DNA from: Bispira polyomma
Taxonomy: Eukaryota
Direction: 5' to 3'
Assembly (NCBI GenBank): GCA_965649765.1
Contig: OZ287757.1
Location: forward strand, 3,410,001-3,474,000
Length of the DNA stretch: 64,000 nucleotides
In this document: positions 52,624 through 64,000 of the stretch, one piece after another
Numbering within the stretch: the first letter of the stretch is position 1
Layout of the letters: each line of letters begins with the position of its first letter
Translations under genes and position numbers: made by a program
Notes under the pieces: generated by a model
Database searches by the model: none
The model's input: only the letters and a program-made list of their open reading frames with translations
What the model was told of the DNA's origin: nothing

Positions 52624-54295
52624 GTCTTACAGCTATAAATGGTTATCATATATGTATACGTTCCTGGTTTTATAGCAATTTTAAGTTTAAGCCAAATGTA
52701 GCATCCACTTAGAACTGCAGCCCTAAAACAAACAATTTCCCCAAACTGCTCCTAATGTGTATGTATGCTGAGACAATGGTTTGCACAGTAATTCACCATG
52801 CGAGTACCCTATTTAAATATCAACCGACACATAACATAATTATTTTAGGCCAATCTTCGTGATCAGTGATTATCATGACAACATATTCAATATGCATGTT
52901 AAAATGCGTGTGATTATACCAAAAGAAGACTGGTCAAACCCACGCAGATAGCTAGATAGTATATTTATTATAGTGATTTGTACCTTACACAAATCAATAA
53001 ATAACTGCATCCAGAAATACACGTTCTTTATATGTCACAGTTTACAAGTATAGGTGTTAATACACTTTTAACACATTCAGACTAACAAATTAAGTAAGTT
53101 TTTCTGTTAATAATTACACAATATCAACTTATGTCTTGCTGCTGATGCAAATTAATTGCTGCGAACAATAAGTGTACTTGCCTCAATGTAGTGACCACAG
53201 GGACGTCTGAGCGTGTGTCTGATGCTTAAAAACACTGTTGGTGATGAAGAATATTATAGATGATACGTTATACATAGCATACTTAGTTCAAAGATAGTTC
53301 AAAGTCATTTGAAATTAAATTAATATCTAAAATGAAATTGGTTCTGTTTGAAGTGACACATGTGTCACTCTCAATCTGATTAATTAATTCTCATATTGTT
53401 TCCTTTTATCAACTGGTTTTTGTTCAACCTGAATCATAATTATGATCTTTTAACAAAAAACACCCTATATTTTCAATTAAATCCTTTGTTTTAGATTACA
53501 CCCTGTATATTCTTGTATTCTATTTTATTATTTTCTTTTTTTATTCATTAAAATTACAGAATGGCAGGCATTATAAGTGATATACTACATGTCTTTATTG
53601 CATACAGAAATTGCAACTGTGTGTTATCAAAGATATTTTGTTAATTTTTCCCACTAAATTATTTAGTAGATTTCAGTTTTTTACTTTTATTTCATACAGG
53701 AATTATTCTAAGTTTGATGTATTAAGTACAGTAACATTAACCAGTGAGACTTTTCAACAGATCTGCAATATTCAACGTTAAAATAAGTTTTGAAGCAAAA
53801 TATATCAGGCCAAGGGTCAAGTACAGCTTGCCAAGTACTATCAGTAACTACAACTACAAGTACAACAATTCAGAACACAAGTACAAATAAATTTTCTTCC
53901 AGTACAAGTACTTTGTATGTTTTCGTGTTATTGTAAGTATTTATATTTCTTTATTCGTACACTGCAGTGTGCATAGCAAGTCCCCTTTAGGCGACTGCTA
54001 GTTCAGTCCACCATCCCTCTTATTATACTCTACCTTAGCGAATGCCCCTAGCGAATGCTACAGTATTATCCACTTCTCTTTCTATCCATAGCTACTAGCG
54101 AATCAAAGCACAGATCACCTGTGACCCTTCACTAGCTATCCTCCATATTGTATTTATTATTTCACCTGTGAACAGGACTTTGTGGAAAATTCAATTTTAA
54201 AAACGATATTTTACATGATAACATTTATTTACGTGATTTTATTTGTTCTTAATACATTGTTATATCTTACGTGCATACACTGAAGTGGTTTCAAT

Positions 54296-55732
54296 ATGGG
54301 TAGGACAAAAAAGACACCCATTCAAAGTGTTAAGAAGAAATCAACGAGGATGGCCACAGCTACTAGCAAGGTGTCAAAAGGGGGAGGCGGTACACAGGTA
54401 AAAAATATTGCTTCCAGTCTTCATGATCAGACAGAGTTATTGCATAATACTGATCTCTATTCCGCTACTTCCCTTTCTGATTCACAATTGCTTACAAACA
54501 TAGACAGGCTCCAACTTAATCAAGATGTGCAGTCTACTCTCGGCCTTTATTCTCAGGCTGTGCCAGAGCAGCAGCCAGAAACTCAAAATATGTCCGAAAT
54601 GCTATCCATTTTGCGGAAGCTGGAATCGTCAAACGCTAGCATCTCTAGGCGCTTTCAACTCGTTGAAAACAATCAAGGCAATGTCACGCCAGTAAACTCT
54701 CCTTGTCACACGATGAGGGATGGAACTGTCATCCAGCAAAAACCACATGTGGCTTATTCTTTGCCTCTTCCCCCTCCCAGATATAATGGGGTCGAGCAAA
54801 CGCAGGGGGTGCAGCAGACGGCATTACCTACAGGGCAGCAAGTTCCGGTTCCAGGCATGCAGCAAGCTCAATCGTCCGGTGTGCAACACGCGCCACTATC
54901 CGGCATACAACAAGTTCAGCTACCCGGGATGCAGCAGGCGTCATCATAGGGGATGCAACAAATGCCACTACCTGGGGTACAACAAGTTCCATTACCGGCT
55001 CAAACCACGGTTAATCAAACTTACAACAGGGATGGTATTATTCCAAGTTTAGACGCTCCTAGATCATTCCCACATGTGCAGGCAGCGGTTACCAGGCAGC
55101 TGGCCGACTACGAGGCGCTGGCGCAGAGAGGGCTTGCTCAGGGTAAGCATACTGTAAGACAAAAGTCTGGTCACTTTAACACAACAGACATCACTTTGGC
55201 TGACCCTCAGTTAAGATGGTCCAACGAGGGCTGGGGGGGATCAGCTAGGCGGTGACCGGGATTTGATGATCTCACATTGCCCCAGTGGGTGGCGGGCCAA
55301 CTGGTCAACTCTCTTCAGGTAACAGATTCGGACACCATGAAGTCAATGGTAAACCAAGTTGTATATGCTTTGCGTGATGCGGCCACAGTAACCTGGCCAG
55401 TAGTCAGGACAGCCTGGGCCCTCAGCATGCATGAGGTCGAAGAGGGCAGGCTGTCCTGGCATGACACCACACAATGGGCACTTAACTGCATAAGCGCCTC
55501 GCAGATGGCAATGGTTAATAACCACAGCAGTAACGGGCCGACAACTGACAGCAAGTCAATCTGCAAGTTGTTCAACAACGGAAAATGCACACACAAAGCT
55601 GACCACGGCACATATCGCCAGGTGTGTTGGTATTGCAGTATAACCCTTGGGAAAGACGCATCACATCCAGAGTTTAAGTGCTTCAAAGCAAATGTAAGCA
55701 AACAACCAGACAAACAGGTTAACAATAGTTAG
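54296..55732 (+). pseudogene. gag: gag of element 2, two in-frame stops (54947, 55253)
   Basis: Track ORFs 54296, 54953 and 55277 share one frame; PGFDDLTLPQWVAGQL core; C-terminal CKLFNNGKC...H....VCWYC...HPEFKC. Confidence 0.85.
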
Positions 55733-58710
55733 GGACACGGTTCACAACCAGATGGACGAACAATTTTAGTTAGTGATAAGGGCAGTTCAGTAGAAGTTGT
55801 AAAACCACGTAGTAACTTAATGGACGTACTTGACAACATAAGTAAAGATTCTGAAAATGTAGATATAAATGTAAAAGTCAATGTTGATAATTCTGTATTT
55901 AGTAACTGTAACGAAACTGTATATAGTAAAGTTGTATCAGAACAATTGGTGGCAACCTATAACGAGATGCAGTCTAGTATTAATCATGTACACAAATTAA
56001 ATCAGTTTCAGAATACCTTCAATGTCAGGCAATGGGATGTAGCACCAAATCAGGTGCAGATCAATAAGTCAGTAAGTGAATGTCTTAATAACTTTGCAGG
56101 CACAGATCTGACAGGTGGGTGGTGTGGCCAAGAGAGCAATCAGCCCAGCCACATTTCTTGCACTAATTTACTTGTGATAAATAGTAGCAGTCACAACAGT
56201 AATATTTCTCAGTTGAAGGAAGGGGAATTCATAGTAAAAATTTCTGTCACTAATTGGCAAACATATTGTGAGGGAATTCAAACTCAGGCCCCCATTGTAC
56301 ATGTTAGGAGCACAGATGAACATATTAACGGTTACTTTCATATGTACTTTGATGTGACTGCTGCTATTCATGTCTATATGGGGGTTGAAATTCCACCCAA
56401 CAGAGAGCTTCAAATTATTGATGTTTTTCAAAGTAATGTGTTAGTCAAAATTGTTTCTGTGGATACCACTACTCCCACCGAGGTGGAATTTCATCACCAC
56501 AGTGTGATAAAGCAAGCAGCAGATACTTTCTATTACTATAGTAGAGACAAGGCTTGTATGAGGCAATTAGGATATAATTATACTGAGTACATGAATTGGT
56601 TAGTGGATGCTCTTATTGACGAGGCAGATGATAAGATTAGTCAATTCAGCAGTAGTTTGGATGACGCAGCAGACGTCAACGTAAGTTCAAATGGGACTGG
56701 CACCAGTCTCAGTTGCGATAAAATATACAAAACTTCGTTGAACAACAACTTCGCTAATATGGTACAGAGTGTACATGACAGCAATACCACTGACATTAAC
56801 ATTAAGGACGTGAATGACCCGCATAAAAGCTTTGGTTTTATGGCACTTTCCTCAACTGAGTTTACTTTTGTGGGTCCAGACAGACCACCTAAGGATATTA
56901 AGACGGTAGAAGACATGCTGGAGGTGGCATCTGTGATCAGGGACACCTCAGTACCAAATTATAGGCAGGCTCGCATACCTATAGTCTCTGGCTTAAACAT
57001 AAAAGCATGGGAGTTTACTTTTGTGGGTCCAGACAGACCACCTAAGGATATTAAGACGGTAGAAGACATGCTGGAGGTGGCATCTGTGATCAGGGACACC
57101 TCAGTACCAAATTATAGGCAGGCTCGCATACCTATAGTCTCTGGCTTAAACATAAAAGCATGGGAGGTCGTTTTCAGAGATTACCCTGACAAACTACTTT
57201 GTGAATACATTAAGTTCGGTTTTCCTCTCTCTTTCACCGACCCCAGTAAGTTAAGTAACAATTGCGTGGTTAACCACTACTCTGACTTGCAGTACACACA
57301 GAGTGTAGGAGAATATCTAGTTAAAGAAGGTAGTAAGAGTGCCATGTTGGGCCCAGTTTCAGAGGTTAAATCCTCTCATTACCATTGTTCTCCGTTATTG
57401 ACTCGCCCAAAGGACATAGATAGTCGCAGGGTTATCTTAAGCCTTTCATACCCTTTGGGTTGCTCAGTTAATGAGAACGTTGACAAGACTCTTTTTGACG
57501 GCATAAGGTTTCTGTTAAAATTTCCTACTATAGACAATATTACTGACGCAAGAAATCAAACAAGTGACCCTGTCTTATTTAAAGTGGACGTCATGTGCGC
57601 GTTTCGCAATTTGCATGTGGACCCAGTCGACGCACTGAAATTGGGCATCACGATTAACGGTGAGAATTACTTAGATCCGGCAGTTGCGTTCGGCTGGGTC
57701 CACGGTAGTGCAGCTTTCCAGCATTGTTCTGACACAATTGCGTCTCACATGCGTCAGCATGGCTTCAACATGTTTTGTTACATAGACGGCTACACTTGCG
57801 TCTCTACTAGGGCAGAAGCACAGAAAGGTTTGGATTTATTTGACCCAGTTACTTAACTCTCTGGGATTGCCTATGAATGCAAGCAAACGCACTCCACCCA
57901 GCACCAATATCACGTGCCTGGGCATTGACATCAATATTACTACAGGAACTATCAGCATTCAGCAAGAGAAAATTGCGGAAATTTTAGAAATTTGTTGTGA
58001 CGTTTATAACAGAAGCACTATTACCAGAAGTAGATTTCAATCACTATTAGGCAAATTATTGTACGTGCATAAGTGTGTTAGACCGGCTCATAGTTTTATT
58101 AACAGGCTTCTGAACGCCTTCAGGAATAATGACAATAAGCGTAAATTTTTTATCACTCAGGACATGCGAGACGACCTGGCATAGTTTAAAAAATTCTCAC
58201 AGATTTAATGGCATCACCTACATTGACCCGCTCATAATACCCAACTTTAACAAACTGCACCTGGATGCGTGTCTTACAGGTTTGGGCGGAGTTTGGAAAG
58301 ACGAGGTGTATGCTACCCCCAATTTTAATGTTTACAACAAAGAGTTGACTATTGTTCACTTGGAGATGTTAAACATTATACTTGCATTAAGAGTTTGGGC
58401 ACTTAAATGGGCACACCAACATATTTCATTTCACTGCGACAACATGGCCGTGGTTCTGGTTGTGAACACACAGAAAACGAAGGATTCTTTTTTAGCAGCG
58501 TGTCTAAGGAATATCTGGCTCATTGCTGCCACATATGATATCACAATTAATATACAACACATTCCAGGTAAACATAATATCATTGCAGATGCACTTTCCA
58601 GAATATACTCAGCAAAACCTCCCAGTGCAGAGCTACTTCATAAATTATATACCCAGTACAAATGGAACGAACTACCTGTAAAATTTTTTGACCTGGAATT
58701 ATTTATATAA
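55733..58710 (+). pseudogene. pol: pol (RT/RNase H) of element 2, frameshifted
   Basis: FKVDV..AFR, VAFG, YIDG (second catalytic Asp lost), LDAC, HLEMLN, HCDNMA, ADALSR; frameshifts near 57845 and 58190; 153-bp tandem duplication. Confidence 0.9.
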
Positions 58711-58716
58711 TTTTAG

Positions 58717-59681
58717 GTTCCGCCAGGGCCACTCATCCGCTAATTCAATCTGCCTGCACCAGAATAGACACAGCACTACGTCCGAAGACGGCTACAGCTT
58801 ATAGCAGCCAGTTTAAAACTTTCTTAGCTTTTCTACATGTGGCAGGCATACAACACATAAATGTTTCGGCTTTTTTGGTGTTTCTTGTTCTAAATAGCCT
58901 TTCTCCCTCAGTGATTGGTAATTACCTCTCATCTTTAAAGTTCATGGCCAATAAGCTGCACTGGGATCTGGCCCCCTTTTGTCATAACTCCATTTCTTTA
59001 TTCACCAGGAGTATTACAATCAATTCCTCATTTGACCCAGACCTAAGGGGCTATTTCACATAGAACAACTCACACTCATATCCCAAGCATGTTACATACT
59101 TCAGGATCCTGTGTTATTCAGGGCCATTTTCCTATTAGCCTTTTTCGAATTTTCTCAGGTTGTCAAATATAGGTCCTCACTCCAGGGCTTCTTTCGACCC
59201 CTCTAGGCATTTCCTTAGACAGGATGTCATCTTTGCTTCACCTGGAGCTCACATAATTCTAAAATGGGCTAAGAACCTTCAGAACAGAACTGATACACAC
59301 GTTATACAGATTCCCTTGTTGCAGAACAAAATATTATGTCCCGTTAGGGCCTTACAAGAACTTATTTTGGCAATACCTCTTCCTCCTGCTGCACCACATT
59401 TTGCAGCCTGTCTACCATCATTCCATCCAATAGTTGATATACATGTAAGGTTTTCACTCCAGAAAGTTCTCACACATTTAGGCATACCATACAGCTCACA
59501 CGGCTTTCACACTTTTAGAAGGTCGGGGGCCTCCTTTACATTCAACAAGAATGTGTCTTTGCAAAACATTATGTCGCATGGGCTTTGGAGGTCCTCGGCT
59601 GTGTGGGCCTATTTACAGAAAACTTCACAGGCTGCTTCAATTGTCCCTCATACTTTTGCCTCTGCCATTCCCCCTCCTTAG
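58717..59681 (+). pseudogene. Tyrosine recombinase of element 2, frameshifted
   Basis: RLSN, LKWAK, LCPV, HTFRRSGAS, HGLW, VWAY; frame breaks between ~59050 and 59160. Confidence 0.9.
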
Positions 59682-62600
59682 TTGGGCTTAACTTTATTTT
59701 ACCTCTCAACATGTATATAAACACTAACTTGTAGATAATAAAATCTCAAATGAAATCTTTTACTGCCTTCAACAATTTCACCTTAAACTTGCAAATTAAC
59801 TTACCACCAGTGGACTGTGCATAGCAAGTCCCCTTTAGGCGACTGCTAGTTCAGTCCACCATCCCTCTTATTATACTCTACCTTAAGACCCCCTAGCGAA
59901 TGCTACAGTATTATTCACTTCTCTTTCTATCCATAGCTACTAGCGAATCAAAGCACAGATCACCTGTGACCCTTAGCTTCACTAGCTATCCTCCATATTG
60001 TATTTATTATTTCACCTGTGAACAGGACTTTGTGGAAAATTCAACCCTCCACCTCCCCTTTACCACAGCACTTATCATTTATTCTAGCTTAAGGTTTCTG
60101 TTTAAATCCAAGGCTGCTATTTAATGGGGCGACAGAGTGGGTGCAAGCTCTGGATCCCGAGCCGTGTGATAGGGGGTCCGGGCTTCTTATTCCCTCCCCT
60201 AAGCAAACCACTGGGGTGCCAGGGTAGAATAAGGGGCTCTGAGAGCCGGTACCTGTCCCTCTGCTAGGCGATTAGGTGTCCAAGGCCCGGGGTCCTGTCC
60301 CCTCACCTGCTGTCTACCTGATTTAAACTTACATTTGTAGCTTTGACGCATGTTTTAAAAATTTTCTTGGCTTGATTGGATGGGTTGACATTAGACTCAC
60401 TTGGACATTACTTGTGGACAACATACATAGGTTTACACTGGAAATTACCCTGAGTAGGATTTTCCAAATGACCGATTTGACCTAATGTTAGAGTTCTAAA
60501 CCACAGGGGTGTGAACCCAACGTATTAGGTGTGTACATCTCAGGTACAAGATGCCTAATTCATGGCTCAAGATTGGCGTGATTGCACAAGGTAGTATGTA
60601 GTAAAATAAAACGGCAATATAGCATGTGTGGCTAAGGCCTGTTAAGTTATACCACTGCACGTATGCATTTATTTTACGTTTGTAGTATGCATTTTATTTA
60701 TGTTTTAGTTTATTAATGTAACGAGAAGTTTGGAAATTAAATACTCTACTGGTTCACCAGTTGTGACTAGATCTGTATCATTGGCCAGCTGTGCTGGTTC
60801 ATGGCATTGTAGGGTATATTATTCCTGTTGAGGGAAATGTTATGTTTCTAACACAAAGTTTAGTATGATCAAGGGTTCTATACTAGTCTTTAAATTTGTT
60901 TTGTTTATGGCTAGTCCTATTTTGTCGGTACCATTGAGGCTATTCCTCTGGTCAGTGTTAGCCTGTGTGGGGCTTAAAATTTTATGTTATAAAAATTTTA
61001 AGTTTATTTTACCTCTCAACATGTATATAAATACTAACTTGTAGATAATAAAATCTCAAATGAAATCTTTTATTACCTTCAACAATTTCACCTTAAACTT
61101 GCAAATTAACTTACCACCGGTGGACTGATGTACATTTCTGAACATACAAAGGAACACTAATGGAGAACATTAAGAAATAAAATATTTGCAAATTATGAAG
61201 AAAGACAAAACTTTATATACAGACAGGTTACCTATAGTTCAGTTGTAATGTATCTTACAAATAAATTAACAGATATGTAAAACATTAATATAGAGATTAT
61301 TTCTAGAAATTAGACTGCACATAGTTGATCTGACATTTAATTTCATTTACTTCAATTAAAATATGATTGTCTGGGAGCCCTCAATAAAACATCACCAATA
61401 TGTCAAGCTTTAATATCCTGATCATTGGTTTAACTAATATGTGTAGCAGTTCATCGCCCATTTCTTGAAATATAAAAAAAAGTATGACATTGTTTGAGTG
61501 GGAGAAAAATTATATAAACCAATGACATACAATTAAATGTACACCAAAGGTTACAAGTATAGATGGACTTTTACACAGTATTATTTCCGAATAATATATT
61601 TACATTAGAGAAGGTCCAGGTCTGTATAAAGATCACAGAGCACAGTGTTTTAATTCTAGTCATGTTTGGCATCATATCATGTTATTATTTTCATTATTTT
61701 AAGCTGTCCACACAACTCGCTCGCAAAGTATTTAATGAGATAATCCTATTATTGTCAGCTGCTAATTATGTCATTAGTTTATTTGCACAAGAGGTTATTT
61801 TTGTTGTAACGCCACATCATAATCAGTATTCAAAACAATAATCCGATAGGAGAAAAGGTTCCGGATTGGAGTTCAATCCTGATCAGCAGACAAATGTTAA
61901 GGCGGAAAAGCGAGTTTGTGTGGTGACATGGGGCAGCAGTCTCAGTCCAGTCGCGAGCTTAACTTTTTAATATATATAGCCAAACAAAGGCTACTAAAAT
62001 ACCTACCTGTTTTATCATTTAAAATAAACAAACAAAATCAATGGCTTAAATATATAAGGCAGGGATGAGAATGACTACAAGGCATTGAGGGCTTCTTTTT
62101 ACTTCCAAATTAGGAACTGAATTAACAACACTAACTGAATTTACCCATCCTCTTCCACCCTATATAAAATATTATTCCATGTATTCAACAGAAGTTATGT
62201 GTCACAAAGTGAGTTCATAAGGTTTATTCTTTAAGCTAGTTCTGCCTGGGGTCGTTATGGATTTTGGATTCTTAGTTTTTAATTCTGGTCTATGGTGTTC
62301 TGTATGAAGTCATTGTGGGTTTACTATGGTTTTGATCAGTATGGGGTGTGTGTTTATGCGTCACTGCACACAGCATTATAGTGTGGAATTAGTATCTTGG
62401 GTTTTAGTTTGTTGGAAGCCACACTTTTGGCAGTACATGTTTTGAAGCTCCAGTCTGTTGTTTGCAGGAAACTTCCAGCATTGAAGGTATTAGTTTAAGA
62501 TTGTTTCAATTCACACTAAAATTATATCCTAGTTATTACATCTATTCATATCACTGGTGATTGATAAACATTACATACTGTTACATATAATTACACAATA

Positions 62601-63159
62601 AATACATAGTTCATATAGTTTAACTTGTGTTGTATTTGCATAATGGTTGTGTGGTGTTATGCTTCATTTCTAAGTGCTGTTTGATTATTTTCAGCTGGTT
62701 TTAATGTGGGGAACTTGGTTTCCATGTTGTGATGATGCTGTTCTAATGGTGGTGTGGTTTTGATTATATGGATCATTAATACTGAGCATTTTCATCTCGC
62801 TGGAGATATGGTTGAATGATCATCTCGCTGGAGATATTACTGTGTTTGGGTTCCTGACATGTTGACATTACAAGCTGGACATTAAATTACAGTGAATTTA
62901 AACATTACACTAAACACTGAACTGTTACATTTTATTGATAAATATATTTCTTTGTGTGTTTTGTTTTATGTGTATGTATATATATATGGTGTGGTAGTGT
63001 GTATGTGTGAATGAGGGATGTGTTTATGTTTTGATACATGCATATATATATATTTCATGATCACTCTATTTTAAAGCGTATTAGCTGGTGTTCTGACATT
63101 TTGAATTTAATAACGTTCCATAAATTCAGAGTGTGTATCATTTACCGTACGAGCCTCAT

Positions 63160-63520
63160 TCCGGCCCTGTGACATTATGTGGTTTTAGAATTTTTGTGGG
63201 TCGTAAAATGTGCAGAGCAACTGAGAAATCTGGTCACTAGTAGTGGGACGCATGGGAGATGGTAACTATTGGCAGAGTACTCAAGCAAGGACTATGATGC
63301 ATGTGCACAAAACTATTCAAGATGCATGATTATCTGATAACATGTTTATATATAAATGCTTTGCTTAAATAGTTAAAGTATCTCTTTAGGTAAGAAATTA
63401 GTTAACAATATGGGGCTGTATTATTTAGCCACGTAAGGAAATGTTACATGAGCTAGCAAGAGATATAAGTAATGATCAGCCAGTGAGATCTCCAGCATTA
63501 TACTGTAGGTCAGTTCGCTC
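63160..63520 (+). other. Orphan segment homologous to the element 1 spacer (possible remnant or non-autonomous Ngaro derivative)
   Basis: ggggctgtattatttagccacgtaagga...gagctag..aag.gat....gtaa......ccagt aligns to 31481..31550; weaker similarity from ~63160. Confidence 0.55.
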
Positions 63521-64000
63521 CGAGTAATAACACCCAACATACTTCACAAAATTTTATTCCATGTTTTTATGTAACATGCATTTTATTTATATTGGGGTTT
63601 ATATACCTATTTACCTACATACATATTTACATATATTGGCCATTAATGTCTTTAAATATTGTATATGCTATACCAATACATGATTTGTGCTTACAGAATA
63701 TAGATACATATAGTTTAGCAAAAAGGACAATAACTTAATTGTAATTCATTGACCGTGTGTGTGTGTGAAATCTACATATAACAGGTAACCTTAACGTTTC
63801 AGGTAATTATAAATCATTTCTAAATTTGAACAAATTATAAATATCTACGGGGTACTCACTTTTAACTTCAACTCAAACTCAACCTAAATACCTAAGCCTG
63901 GCTTCCTTAAGGTTATGTTAAACTAAAGATAGTTAAGGTGACCTTAACCATCAATTTAAGGGTGTGTCAATAAACGTAGAATGTAGGGGTGCAAATAAAT

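Larger units (their letters stand above)
53968..61127 (+). mobile_element. Full-length decayed Ngaro-like element 2
   Basis: A1 53968..54194, B1 ~59684..59817, A2 59816..60044, spacer, B2 ~60970..61127; gag, RT/RNase H and YR all recognisable but interrupted. Confidence 0.92.

Overview
AT-rich animal genomic DNA (spliceosomal introns, SINEs, MITEs); an invertebrate, probably mollusc-like, source is my inference. Most short ORFs in the supplied track are not genes. Two spliced host genes lie on the minus strand: a 10-exon coiled-coil protein with a MIEAP/SPATA18-type C-terminal domain (33667->14211, about 556 aa) and an unrecognised type II single-pass membrane protein (52623->45204). Coiled-coil exons of a probable paralogue lie near the left edge. 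The dominant features are Ngaro-like tyrosine-recombinase (YR) retrotransposons with split direct repeats: one intact and very young (25602..32574, inside the first coding intron of the MIEAP-like gene), one full-length but decayed (53968..61127), one minus-strand remnant (~38840..41950) and an orphan spacer-like segment near 63.2-63.5 kb. Comparing them suggests an expression architecture: (1) a conserved phase-1 splice joining the Gag N-terminus to the YR, (2) a canonical -1 frameshift signal for Gag-Pol in one family versus an in-frame UAG in another, and (3) a second promoter-to-polyA unit (A2-spacer-B2) whose non-coding spacer carries a conserved structured motif and starts with a CAA|CCC signature that reads as a G-quadruplex motif on the minus strand. 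All alignments and folds were done by eye.
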